From Octopus bimaculoides (Eukaryota), in assembly GCF_001194135.2 (NCBI RefSeq), contig NC_068988.1:84161469-84214020 (forward strand): 52,552 bases of DNA, written 5' to 3'. Every line of letters begins with the position of its first letter. Position 1 is the stretch's first letter. Positions 36,818 through 50,007 of this stretch are shown piece by piece. The translations under genes were made by a program, and so were the position numbers. The notes beneath the pieces were generated by a model. The model was not told where the DNA came from. It ran no database searches and was given only the letters and a program-made list of their open reading frames with translations.

Positions 36818-37580
36818 ATGCTCTACACACACATGTATGAGTTTGTGTGTATTACAGAGCTTGAGAAGCCTTGCTGACAGCAAGGCAACCTCACTAGTGC
36901 TGGTGCCATTTTGTACTGTACTCTAAAGTGGTTAGTGTTAGGAAAGGCATTTAGCTCTAAGAAACCATGCCAAAAGATGATACATTGGAGCAAGATGATC
37001 CTCTGACCTATTGAACCATCCTAGTCATACCAGTATGGAAAGCAAATATCAAATGATATATATAATTTGCATTTATATATGTGTATATGTTGTGTGTGTG
37101 TGTGTATAAACTGTGCCCAAATCAGACTGGAACCTGATGCAGCCCTCCAGCTTACCCTTTCCAGTCAAACTGTCTAACCCATGCCAGCATGGAAAATGGA
37201 TATTAAATTATATATATATATATGCACACATATTTAGAGAGAGGTGTATATGTGTTAATATATAAAAAATATTCGTGAACATACGATGGTCAAAAGGTTA
37301 AGATGTTCAGTCATGAGGTTCTAGGTTCAATTCTATTACATGGTATTTTGGACATGTCATTCACAAGAGTTCTCTAGGTGATGGAAACTGTCAAGAAGCT
37401 TGTCAGATGGGTTGTGTCTGTAATTTAACGGAACAACCTTGTTACACATTGTTACACTGATTCTGTTAAGGATATACATGTCTGTGAAATGGTCAGGCAT
37501 TTGCATGGTAATTGAGTTGATCAATCAACTGAATCCTCTTCTTTGAGAGATCTATTGATTTACTATGTATGTGCATATAT

Positions 37581-40362
37581 GGTACATTCTACAGTATTTC
37601 GTATGTTTGGAGGGGAAAATCAGAAGTGCTTTTCTCGTAATAATTTCTCGACATTTTGACATTTGAGTCTGTTTGGACAGTGAAGCTTCTAGTTTTTACA
37701 AATTCACCTGTGCCACTGTGACTTTTTTTATATGATGATCTTCTGATGCTGTAGAACACAAAACATGTGCTGTTGTGGCAGGGAACAGAACATTTCTTTT
37801 TTCTAAAGCTTCCCTTTCACTTTTAAAATTCTCTGAATTTTGGGACAATATATAAAAACAAATTGAATGCTGAATTGCAATATTTTATTTTTATCAAATA
37901 GATAACAGAAAGAAATCGATTCTTTCAGGTTTTCTGAGTGGGATGGCACCTTATAGGACAGTATACTGTTGCAGAGGTGAAAATGTGTCCACTTCAATAA
38001 CTTCTTATAAATTAAACATTCATTCTGCAAGTATATCAACAATATACTTTTATTTCCAAATTTGTTTCAACTGTGCAAAGTTTTCATAAATTTCCACAAA
38101 GTTTGGAGCAAATCTACATTTATCTTTAAAATGGGAATCTAGAAAATAAATACATACAGACGAGCATCAATTAAAATGAAAATATTATAAATAATCATTT
38201 AAGAACTTAAAACTTTTTGTGCACACGAAGGAGTTATACTGACTAAATGCATGTGTCACATACTCTAGCTCCTTTTCAGTTTTGTCAAACCTGTTCTAAA
38301 AAAATGCATAGTTATTAAATATAAAAATTATGAATTATATATAATAAATATATAATTGTATACAAAGTCTGACTGTTAACATAAATTACTCATCATCAAA
38401 TTGCAAATCAAAGAGGTAGAAGTTTTGTCTTTTAAGCTAGATTATTTAAAAATGTTCTTAAAAAACACACTTGGGACGAAGCTCTGTTTGAAAATGAAGA
38501 GACACCTGTGTTCTCCGGTACAACAAATACTTTTACTGTGACTTTTTGTGAGAAGAGCAAATGCTTTGTTGATATTTTCCAGCTCAACTACTGCAAAAAG
38601 TCCAGTGCCAACCAACTGGATAGGACCATAGAACACATTATTTGTATGACAAGTGTCAATATCATCCCTTCTGAGCCAGTTAAAGGTGTTGATACCAGCA
38701 ACAACAGATCTATGAAGAAACTTGAACTTAATCATACAATCAGACATTCTAAGGCCCTGCCAATGTAGAACTGGCAAAGATAGTTGACAGCATAGTACTG
38801 CTCCACATGCACCGTGATGCTGTTGGGAGAACCTGGCTCTACAGAAACTGCTGGTGCTGTTGGGGTTGATCTAGTTTGCTCAAGTGTTGGTGACAAAGTA
38901 AATTCTGTGCGTGATGCTTGGACTTTGAATTGGGAATTCTTGGAAGTGATGATTGAACCAGCATCAGTTCTTGCAACAAAGTGGATGGCATGAATATTTG
39001 GGATTGCCCTGCAATCAGTCCATCTTTGCTCCAACTTCTCTTGAGGATTGTGGAACAAAAAGTGTATGAATTTTTTTGCACACTTTCTTGGTCACACTCT
39101 TTTGCATTTATCACAACCTCTTTATTTTGCAAAATAGATCGCCAAACCACACACTTGACTTTGCCACCAACACCATCTACAGGTCCCTTTCCATGTGCAG
39201 TCTCAAAAAATAACCAATGAAGCTTCTGCACCAAAGTCATGCTCATGATAAAGCTACTTCGCCAGGGTGTACTTGTTTTTGATTTGAGAGCCAGCACCAT
39301 CACTCCAGCAGTATATTTTGAAGACCTGGGTTAACTGCTTAGCCTCATTTATAATGGCTGTGTTGAAAGCGTTGACACTGCACTTTTTGTGCTTCATTTC
39401 ATTAGAAACAACTACATGTGATGCATGCTCAAGTTCACCTTCTTCACCCTTGAAGTAAGACAAGATAGTGAAGAGAGTGACCATGTCGCTGGGCCAGTGA
39501 GCTGCCATCACTTCTTTCTGGTGCTTCAGTTGAAAATTTTCTGAAAAATCTTCTTGAATGATCACTTCACCAGTTTTCAGGGTTTTTTTTTCAGGAACTT
39601 GAGCTCTGCAAACTCACTTAATGTTGTAAATGTGTCTGCTGAATGGCTGTAGTTGCTCCACAAGATCTTCTTTTGCCTCAGCAATTGTGCATTCCTGCAA
39701 CAGCTTTCTCACTCTCTTATCTTCACCAGTCACCCACCAATAATAAGATACCAGGGAATCTACATTAGCACCAGCAAACACTTCATCTACTGACTCACTA
39801 ACTCCACATTTTGGACATTCTCTATCTACACAACCTATCTGCTCAAAACTGCATTAGAACTTCACACTTTTTCTGCACCAGGTTTCCCCTCCACTACCAA
39901 ACAATACTTATGTACCTTGGACAGAACAAAAAGACATCTGGCCATTTTGAAAACATTATTGAGTAGCTCTGGCCTAAAAACAGAGGTTCTGAAATGCAAG
40001 TTCTGAATTGGCCATTTGTGCAAGATCTAACAAAACTTAAAGGCCTTAAAATGTTGTGGAGTGGAAAATCATTTATTGGACGAGTAATGCTGCTGTTTCT
40101 CTGAAGCAGATTTAGGTTTTCAATATTACTGAATATTTGTTCACTTGAGGAGTCCATGTCCCAGTAATTTAAGTTTTTGCTATTTCTCTCTAGCAAAATA
40201 TATATATATATTTTTTTTCCCCTCTGCAACAACCAAAATTAGAAATTATGAAAATTATAGTAATTTATGCATAAGCAACATTAGACCGAGAATCATTTTT
40301 TCCCATTTTCATAAACTATGATTATTTGATTTTTGTGTGAACAAAATACTGTGAAATGGCCC
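37581..40362 (-). mobile_element. Full-boundary Sola2-like DNA transposon, decayed
   Basis: 22-bp imperfect TIRs (37581-37602 GGTACATTCTACAGTATTTCGT versus the reverse complement of 40341-40362, GGGCCATTTCACAGTATTTTGT; 17/22 match), with ATAT on both flanks and an internal transposase relic. Confidence 0.7.
38540..40130 (-). pseudogene. DDE transposase relic (Sola2-like)
   Basis: Frameshifted motifs IIQEDFSENF..AAHW, WSDGAGSQIKNKY, WLFFETAHGKGPVDGVGGKVK, plus C-terminal FYIGRA..KFLHR..VFYGPI. The Sola2 label comes from recalled motifs. Confidence 0.8.
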
Positions 40363-40401
<39 letters not shown>

Positions 40402-40999
40402 AGAAGGTTTGGGATTTAGTGGTTAAGGTGTTGTGTTCATTGCAAAGTTGTGGTTTCAATTCCCAGACTGAATGGTGTGTTGTGTTCTTGAGCAAAACAC
40501 TTTCCAAGATGCTCTAGTCCACTCAGTTGTAAATGTGTGACCTTGTGATGGACTGGCATCCCATTCAAGGGCAAAGTTGTGATCTCAGCCACTTAAACAC
40601 TATGCAAACAAAGTAACTGGCTTTATGAGTTCTGTGTGTATATACATACACATACACACATGTGAATGTATGTATAAATGTATGTGTATGTCCACCTTTG
40701 TGTGTGTTGGTGTTTCTATAAGAAAACAATTTACCCAAGATGCTAAAGTAGTTGGCAAATGTGCAGAGATGTGAGGTCAAGAATATCATTTGGGTTCACT
40801 TTTCCATGTTTCCAGGGGTCAAACAGAATTTGTTGCAGTAGATTTTCAGCAGTTGGGTGCTTTCCTGCCATTATTAGCCCTTATTTCTTTCCAAGCAAGT
40901 TGATATTCCCTATCACCAAACATGATTGAATGGAAAACTAGAAATGACTCTGCTTGTATGATGGTGACACTTCTTCTTAACATTGCATAATTTCAAGAC

Positions 41000-41036
<37 letters not shown>

Positions 41037-41283
41037 GTTGAGTCTCACACATATATTAATCAGGTTTATCCTTGCAGTTAAAAATTGCCCTCTAGAAGTG
41101 TTTAAAATATAAAGAAAACAGGCATTTGAAATAACACTATCTCTTTACCCAAAATTTCGGAAAATGATGACAAAACACTTAAACCATACTTGAGCTAACT
41201 AGAAAATGAGGCAAACATGTTTTGTTCTTGTTAGCTCACTTCAGTTAAGCATATCACTTCAGATAGCAAGATAGAAAAGTGAT

Positions 41284-41322
<39 letters not shown>

Positions 41323-42094
41323 ATAGATGCTGGATATGAATATCAAAAATATACATTACCACCATCTTTTCTCTCTTTCTGGTTGAGGGAACCATGTATC
41401 TCCTCTGCAGCATGACATCTATTCCTGCCTTTCTGTCATACTTTAGCCTCTTAAAACCTGGCATAAAACCACATCATTCTCTATTACAGCTCCCACTCAG
41501 TTGAGGAGTCTTGTCTTGGGAGTTACTTGGTGACCTCACAAATGCTGGTGCCATGAAAAAGTACCTAGTATAAAGTGGTTAGTGTTATGAAGGTTATCCA
41601 CCTGTAGAACCTCTGCCAAAGCAGGCATTGGAACCTAATGCACTCCTGCTCAGATCCCATTGACCTATCCAACCCATGCCAACATGGAAAATGGGTTTTA
41701 AATTATGACGGCACCTGAGGGAAATACGCTAGATGAATCTTCTGCATGTTTAATGCACATGTGGTAGATTGTCACAAATGGGATATGTTGTGAGTTTGCA
41801 AAACGTTAATTCACTGAGATTATCCTTGCGGCTAGAAGGAAAGAAAATCCAACTAGAAGTGTTTCAAATCTAAAACAAAAAGCAAGAGAGGTAACTCCCA
41901 TTAGAATAGTTGATTGAAATTTTTCAATTCACTGTATTATATACATACGAATCTGCAGTCTGTATATTTAGCATGTAGAGCACAGCTGAGATATTTCTTC
42001 TCAGGCCCCATTCCCCCACCCCCACCCCAGTGCAAACACACTGATCTCTCCTGAATTTTGCCGACTGCTTTGAATAAGCTTCACCTATCCATCA

Positions 42095-42240
42095 TGGCTA
42101 CATGGTTAAGAAGTTCACTTTACAACCACATGGTTTCAAGTTCAGTCCCTTTGTGTGACACTGAACAAGTGTCCTTTACTATAGCCCTAGGCCAACCAAA
42201 ACCTTGTAAGTGGATTTGATAGATGGAAAGGAAAAAAACC
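42095..42240 (+). mobile_element. tRNA-derived SINE
   Basis: TGGCTACATGGTTAAG A-box, AAGTTCAGTCC B-box-like segment and shared body AAGTGTC...ACTATAGCC..GGCC.ACCAAA. Family copies at about 18820, 29540(-), 37300 and 49760(-). Confidence 0.7.
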
Positions 42241-42361
42241 CATTATATACACACGCACACACATTGGCGGGGGGCTTCTTTCTCATTGCATGCACAATAG
42301 TGGCGAGCAAGCATCACAGTCGTACAAATAATATCCCTCATTTTCAATCCTCTATGAAATC

Positions 42362-42517
42362 AATGGCTATGAGGAAATATTACCCAGCTTTGAAATAGGT
42401 GAAGGTTGGCAATAGGAAAGGCATTTGACCATAGNNNNNNNNNNAATGGCTATGAGGAAATATTACCCAGCTTTGAAATAGGTGAAGGTTGGCAATAGGA
42501 AAGGCATTTGACCATAG
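42362..42517. other. Exact duplication across a 10-N gap (assembly artefact)
   Basis: 42362-42434 is repeated at 42445-42517 on either side of N10. Confidence 0.8.
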
Positions 42518-43499
42518 AAAAATCTACCTCAATTTCCACCTGACATGAAAGTATGGAAAAGTAGACATTGAAACTGATTATGATATGCATATAGATTATT
42601 TTTTTGGGGGTCAGAGGAACAAGCAGTTTTATAGAGTATTCATTTCATACGCACATTTTATGCTTAAAGACATTTACATATAAAGTGCCCATATTATTAA
42701 TCATATGCTAGGGTATTAGCATATATTTACATCAAATGAATACAAAAGATAAAGTAGTCTATATTTTCAACTTAATTGTTTGTGTCCCTCACATTATGAC
42801 TAAATTTTTTTTTTATGGCATGGAAATATCCTTTTCTTCTCAGTGCATTAGAGTTTATTTTTTTATGTTTTTCAACATTTGTGCTGTTAAACAGAATTTC
42901 GATAGTAAACATTATTTCCTGTATGTTATCATTCTCTTATTCTTAGCCATAATTTTCCAACTGTGTGTGAAAAAAGTACTTAAATATGTAAATTTTTATG
43001 CCACACCATTTACTCAAGTATTCTCATTTTCTAAAGTAGGCAGTATTAATAAATTTCCAGTTAGAATTATTGTTTTTTTTTTTTTTTTAAATCAACTTGT
43101 GTCAATAACATACATTTCAATATTAGATATAAATACTTATTGGCTGCTTTTTTTCTTTTTAAATTGGCAAATAGAAAGTGGGGGAAAATTGTGTTCCTAC
43201 CAAAGAATGTAGTGAATATTTGCCCTTGCATAGAGCTTCACCTACAAATTTTATGAATTGAAAAATCACCTGATTCAATAGCTTGAATGTCCTTCTTGAT
43301 TTGAATTCTGTTTCAACATGCACTATTTTCTAGTTTATAAAATCCTGAAGGAAACATTTTGGTATGCTAATATTTATGTTGGGTTTTCAGTTTGTTGAAG
43401 TTCGGTATTTATCAAGGATCTCTAGCATTCTCCAAACACTTTGAAGAATACTACAGAGTACATGTCATTAACCTTACCTTGTACTTGAAGAAAAAGGGA

Positions 43500-44630
43500 A
43501 TGGACTACTACATCTGCAAATAAAAACTTGCTTGGAATATGGTGTTGACAGACTTGAAGAGTCACTTGTTCTCATGAGAAATCACACCACAGATACCACA
43601 TGAAAGAGATGGGAATTGAGAGTACAGACCAAAATTGTAGAAAAGAGCACTGAAACTTAGGAAGATTTTGTCAGTGAATTTGACCCTTTAGCCTTCAAAT
43701 TGTTAAATGTAATGTTTATGTATGTTTTGAATTAATCATGACTTGAAGCTTCAAGATTTTAGATTATTTTTAGAATGACATTGTAGGCTAGGTGTGACAG
43801 GACAGATTTGGCCACTTTGAACACCCGGTTGAATATTTTGGTTAGTTATGGCTGGATTAAACACTAAAGAGTGATAATTTATGCTCAAGCTAAATATTTG
43901 TGCAATAAAAATTGGCAACACAGACAAGCCCAATTTACAGGCTGAAGATGAGTTGGTTGTGTTTGATTTCACTGAAAATTACAAGTGCAATTATAAGTGG
44001 GGAGTTCAAAATGCATGCTATGCTCTGTATTTCAGCTACAGTGCATGCCATCTTTACTTACTATGCAATCAATGCTTCAAATTCTTCACCTAAAAAATAC
44101 ATTAAGATTTTCATTAAGAGGTGGTCACAATATATTTAACACAAACCTTGGGTTTCACACTTACCATAATCTATAGCTTCAGCAATGATTGTCATGGCTA
44201 GTACAAGTGTAAGGAGACAATAGTAGATTGAAGTGATGTCTAGGAGGATATTTGTCATAATTACTATGGGACAAGGCACACAGAGGACCCAAGTGATGAT
44301 GAAGGTGGAGGTTATAAAACAAAGTGCTTTTGAAGTCATAAAAGCTGAAATATACTGTTATCAATACTGCAAAAGCTTCAACTGTCTGAGAATCTGGTGA
44401 AGGATTCCTAAGGAAGCTGTAGTATTTCATACTGGTGGTCAGTGTTCTCTGTTCCACTATAAATTGAGGAAAGGAAGTTAGGGGTAGAGTACTTAATAGT
44501 GTAAAAAGTACAAGAAAACTATGTGAAGAGAGGTGAGATGGTCATCTGAAAACTTTACTACTTTTGCATTAGCTGCCTACTTGTGTTGGAAGAATGGATC
44601 ATACATGAATCAACAGGAAGAGATTGCCTG
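43500..44630 (+). pseudogene. Second, more decayed Sola2-like transposase relic
   Basis: FDFTENYKC (about 43962-43988), ATVHAIFTYY, HNYYGTRHTEDPSDDEGG (about 44256-44310; compare HGKGPSDGEGG) and FCISCL. Confidence 0.6.
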
Positions 44631-45479
44631 AGAGAAGCAGGAAAAGAAATAGCACAAAAATCATTAATATTCACATAAAAATTCTACTTGATAGAGGTAT
44701 TTCAGCAGCACAGTTTGCAAAAAGTTTTACTTCAATTAGGAGTAATAGTCAGCTATTAACTGATGCTGAGAGTGGCAGTGTTGAAATACAAGAACAATTG
44801 TAGAACAATTAATACTTCTCAAAATGTTATTGTAAGTTTATCCTTGCCTCTCAAAAAATTAGAGAAACCATGAATGACTTTTTGAATGTGCTACCAATGT
44901 GCTTTTTGAATTGTAGCTCCAAAAAATGACATCATGCAGTATATTATTGCCATTCAGCAAATTCCAGCCCAGTCCAAATAGTTCAATTCAGTTCACTCTG
45001 TAGTTGAAGTTTGCAATGCTACTAACCATACCATAGAATTTCTCAATTCTCTTCAACTATTTACTGTCATTTTTTACAATATGTAACTGAGAGTAGTACC
45101 ACTAATAACATGACCAAAAAATTTGGAAACACAAAAACTCTCTAATTGTACAAGTTTAGCTGTTAAAGTCTTGTGCTCTATCTGATTGAAATCACTAATA
45201 TTATTGGTTGTGCCAAGGGAGATGCCATGCAATCCCGCTACATATATGGAGACTTCAGTTTCTAGTGATACTGTCATCTTCTATGATAGTAAACAAATCT
45301 CGGTCCCTTAGAGTTGCTGGAGTTCGTTTCTCTCATGATGAGCTCTGTTACCAAATCACAGAACAAGAAATGTTGCCCACTCTAGAGTTCTAATTGAATA
45401 AAACGCATTTCTTTTGGTATTGTTTGTTTTATTTGTTGCATATCGATAAGAATTACAAGGAAATATATGTATATATCTT

Positions 45480-45700
45480 TAGTCAAAAAGTGAAAATTAT
45501 CAAGTCTAAAAATCTTCACATGTTGAAAACTGGAAAACTATGGAACACCTGAACATTGTTCTCTTTCTCTCTCTCCACACCCCACCCACATACGTGTATG
45601 TAAATATAACGTGCAAAATGTACAACTCGAAAACTTGGGTCAAATTTTTAAAAAATAAATTATTCGCTACCCGAGCAACACCGGGTATTTTCAACTATTA
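45480..45700 (+). mobile_element. Non-autonomous Helitron-like 3' region
   Basis: Hairpin TACCCG-AGCAACAC-CGGGTA at 45668-45687 followed by a CTA(T)T terminus; the 5' boundary is uncertain. Confidence 0.45.
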
Positions 45701-47745
45701 TAGTATGATTGTGTGCGTGGGCGTATGTGTATACATAATTATGTATGTATGTATGTATATATATATGTGTGTGTGTGTATAATACACACATACACAATAT
45801 TAAAAATGTCTACGTGATTGCTTCTAAAAGAAAGACCAAATTAGAGCATTTCCTCCTATTTAATCCTCCACGATGCTATTGTGAATTAAATCCTCACTTG
45901 GAAAACACCAGCTTTAAATTCATGACGAACCATTGTATGCTACAAATACATTATAATATTACAAAGGGTATTCGAAGAGCAGATGTAGTGTGCGATGAAA
46001 CTAAGCTAAAAAGCCCGTGGAATCACCTACATAAACCACTAATGAATATGTATGCGTGTATGTGTGCGCGCACGCACATATATATACATACATACATACA
46101 TATGTGTATGTGTATACACGCACAAGCGCGCGCGTATGTCGTCTGTTTCTCGCTTTATAATCTAAAACAAAAGAAGCACCTTGGCACTAAGAAGAAAGGA
46201 AGCTTAGCATTTTCTTGTAATTCATATCAGATCACCCTATTTTTTGTGTTAGCAGTTTATTGCAGTTTAATCCCTAATCCTTGTGTATTATATAACATTG
46301 TAACTTCTGTTAGAGCATGATGGTCTTAAATAATTCGTGTGTTAGTTGAGGAAGTCTGTTTCACTGTTGCTTTTAATTCGGCCATAAATATCTGCTTTCT
46401 TCATTAAACTACCTGACAAACCTGTTTCCGTCTTTATGGCCTGATGTATTAAATTCTGTTGTTCCCCCTTCTTTTGTCACTCCTCTTCCTTCGTTCGTCT
46501 TGTGATTGTTTATCAACAACCAGCACCTTATGAAATTAATAGCAGTTAGACATAATTGCCAGTTTCGCAACATGCATATATGCACACTTTTGTGTGCGCA
46601 GGCACACACACACACACACACACACACACGTATATGGGTATTTATAAGTGTGTGTATAATATATATGTGCGTACACACGCGCTTCGTGTATGTTTTTATA
46701 TATATATTAGCTTAGTCTTTCCTTGGGGCTGGCCAGGTTGGAGCAATATCGAGAATAACCAGCCGAAAATGCAAGGATAATCTGGATCTCGACTGATGAG
46801 AGAAAACTCCGAATGACTTGTCCGTGTTTTCTTTGTATCGTCTATCTGTATGTTTTGTCCCTTTCTTGTATCACTTAACTGTCTGGAGGTTTTGGTCCTT
46901 GTCCCATTTTGTATTATATATATANNNNNNNNNNNNNNNNNNNNNNNNNNNNNNNNNNNNNNNNNNNNNNNNNNNNNNNNNNNNNNNNNNNNNNNNNNNN
47001 NNNNNNNNNNNNNNNNNNNNNNNNNNNNNNNNNNNNNNNNNNNNNNNNNNNNNNNNNNNNNNNNNNNNNNNNNNNNNNNNNNNNNNNNNNNNNNNNNNNN
47101 NNNNNNNNNNNNNNNNNNNNNNNNNNNNNNNNNNNNNNNNNNNNNNNNNNNNNNNNNNNNNNNNNNNNNNNNNNNNNNNNNNNNNNNNNNNNNNNNNNNN
47201 NNNNNNNNNNNNNNNNNNNNNNNNNNNNNNNNNNNNNNNNNNNNNNNNNNNNNNNNNNNNNNNNNNNNNNNNNNNNNNNNNNNNNNNNNNNNNNNNNNNN
47301 NNNNNNNNNNNNNNNNNNNNNNNNNNNNNNNNNNNNNNNNNNNNNNNNNNNNNNNNNNNNNNNNNNNNNNNNNNNNNNNNNNNNNNNNNNNNNNNNNNNN
47401 NNNNNNNNNNNNNNNNNNNNNNNNNNNNNNNNNNNNNNNNNNNNNNNNNNNNNNNNNNNNNNNNNNNNNNNNNNNNNNNNNNNNNNNNNNNNNNNNNNNN
47501 NNNNNNNNNNNNNNNNNNNNNNNNNNNNNNNNNNNNNNNNNNNNNNNNNNNNNNNNNNNNNNNNNNNNNNNNNNNNNNNNNNNNNNNNNNNNNNNNNNNN
47601 NNNNNNNNNNNNNNNNNNNNNNNNNNNNNNNNNNNNNNNNNNNNNNNNNNNNNNNNNNNNNNNNNNNNNNNNNNNNNNNNNNNNNNNNNNNNNNNNNNNN
47701 NNNNNNNNNNNNNNNNNNNNNNNTATATATATATATATACATGTG

Positions 47746-47809
<64 letters not shown>

Positions 47810-48911
47810 CATACATATATGTATATGTGTATATATACATACGTATGTGTGTATATATGTGTGTGTGTGTGTGTGTGTGTATATATACAGAGAGAGAGAG
47901 AGAGAGATAGGTGGTACATACACACGCACACAATGCATTATACACTAAAAATGTCTGTGATTGAACCCTTTTGTTACCATATTTCTATTGAAGTGCGCTT
48001 GCCTTTGTTTATATTTAATGTTGAAATATAATGAAAAATTTTGTAAAATAAATAAGTCATTATTAAACTGATGTTTGAATCCTAAATTAGCATTAAATTT
48101 TGATGTGAGGTAAAATAACTTTAAAAGAAGTTTGTATCGGGATCAGGGGTGGTCTCAAGCGGTTTAGTATTAAATGTGAAAGAGAACACAATCTCATAAT
48201 TCGGAAGACGATTTCAATAAAATAAACAGCCTGTTTGAGCAGACTTTATATTCTAACCGCGACCATCCTGTCTTTTGTTCCAGACATATCTGAAACGTTA
48301 TACAATGCTTCTAATATTATCCTTCTTTACCTTTGTTTGTAGTGCGTGATTCTAAGGAAAATTGGCTGCTACTTCTAAAATTTACCGTTCTGTCTTCCTC
48401 TAACATATGTATATGTGGAATTAAATGCATCACTAAACATTGATTCATTCATGGTTTGTTTATTCAAGGACGTTCTAAGTTCAAAACCCGCCCCAGTTGC
48501 TTTTGCCGAGTCGAATAAATTCCAAACATACTTTCAATCGACTACACCAGTCCTATTATTCTTACAAATAAAGTAGGCTTGTGTGATGTTGTAAGGTCTC
48601 AATTTTAGTTTTTGCTCGCAAAACAATGGTAAACCGTCATTCATAATTGTGGTATGTTGTTCCATTTCGTTAACGACATCAACATAATATTGAAAGACTG
48701 CTGCACAATGTCTATAGAGGGTTTCAACGAATGTGTTTTTGTGTGTCAGGTCTATCGGGCTAACTGAAATACTAAATTTAATTATGCTTTTTTTTTGTAA
48801 TTGCTTTTGAATTGTTTATTTGCGGTAATTTTTTTTTACTGGTTAATTATGATTGCCATAAACTGCTGTAACACTTGAAGTTGTAAAAATATTTTCCCAG
48901 CTATAAATATA

Positions 48912-48996
<85 letters not shown>

Positions 48997-49029
48997 GTAT
49001 AAGAATACACGCATATATCATATGTATTT

Positions 49030-49340
49030 ACATATACATGTGTGTTAGTGTGACCGCGTGTGCATCATTGGAGATTTCCTTTCTCTGTCTTCCCGTCTTT
49101 CGACTTTTACTATATTTCTGACGAAGAGCTCCGCTCGAAACTTGAAGTCCTCTTTTTTTCTTCTTTCTTTTCCTGAGCGTCCAATAACACTGTACTTATA
49201 TGTATGTATATAAGTATATATACTTATATATATATGTACTTATATATATGTATATATGTATATGTCCTTTTGTTATTTACACCACCTGTGTATATATCCT
49301 TTTGTTATTTACACCACCTGTCCTCGTCTGTTGTTATTAT
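49030..49340 (+). mobile_element. Hammerhead-bearing short element related to 2100-2310
   Basis: Shared tail (duplicated at about 49267 and 49299) and shared GAGCGTC segment; contains a hammerhead relic. Confidence 0.6.
49115..49146 (+). ncRNA. Degenerate minimal hammerhead
   Basis: TTT-CTGACGA-A-GAGC TCC GCTC-GAAAC TT-GAA. Core and stem II intact, but the G of the ACGT palindrome is missing. Confidence 0.55.
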
Positions 49341-49460
49341 NNNNNNNNNNNNNNNNNNNNNNNNNNNNNNNNNNNNNNNNNNNNNNNNNNNNNNNNNNNN
49401 NNNNNNNNNNNNNNNNNNNNNNNNNNNNNNNNNNNNNNNNATATATATATATATATATAT

Positions 49461-49731
49461 TTATGCGTTTCAGCCAAGTGACTGCGGCCGTGCTGGAGCA
49501 CCACCATAACTTTCCCTCCTTATGCTGTGCTCTCTGCACATTCCTCACATGACTTTTCTCTGCCAGCTGCCATAGTCCAATCGAGACTTTCGATGGCACA
49601 TCTGGTTTACATCGCTGCCCTCAACTGTGTCACATTTTGAGCCATCAGTTCGTCTGGTATTGTTGATAGGAAAGTGTCAAGTTTGGTTTTGAAGACCTCT
49701 ACATTCATATCTTGCAGGGTTCTCAATTGTT
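49461..49731 (-). mobile_element. 3' end of a non-RTE LINE (CR1/L2-group-like) with a SINE-like tail
   Basis: Minus-strand LRTLQDMNVEVFKTKLDTFLSTIPDELMAQNVTQLRAA resembles the FK..LD.FL..PDEP..RAA LINE C-terminus. The 3' end reads GGTGGTGCTCCAGCACGGCCGCAGTCACTTGGCTGAAAC. Confidence 0.6.
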
Positions 49732-49764
49732 TGTGTATATATGTATATATGTATATATATATAT

Positions 49765-49927
49765 ACGACGGGCTTCTTTCAGTTTCCGTCTGCCAAATCC
49801 TTTCACAATGCTTTGGTCGGCCTGAGGCTATAGTAGAAGACACTTGCCCAAGGTGCCACACAGTTGGGACTGAACCCGGAATCATGTGGTTCGTAAGCAA
49901 GCTACTTACCACACAGCCACTCCTGCG

Positions 49928-49930
<3 letters not shown>
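49765..49930 (-). mobile_element. tRNA-derived SINE, well preserved
   Basis: Minus strand AGGCGCAGGAGTGGCTGTGTGGTAAG (A box)...CCGGGTTCAGTCCC (B box)...GGAAACTGAAAGAAGCCCGTC. Confidence 0.8.
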
Positions 49931-50002
<72 letters not shown>

Positions 50003-50007
50003 AAGAG

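Noticed and set aside
42362-42517. 73-bp perfect direct repeat
   Set aside because: It flanks a 10-N gap, the signature of an unmerged contig overlap.
46790-46825. CTGATGA-GAG AAAA CTC-CGAATGAC hammerhead-like motif in a TA-flanked unit
   Set aside because: There is an extra C before GAA, no A15.1, and no stem I partner. It may be a relic but cannot be supported.
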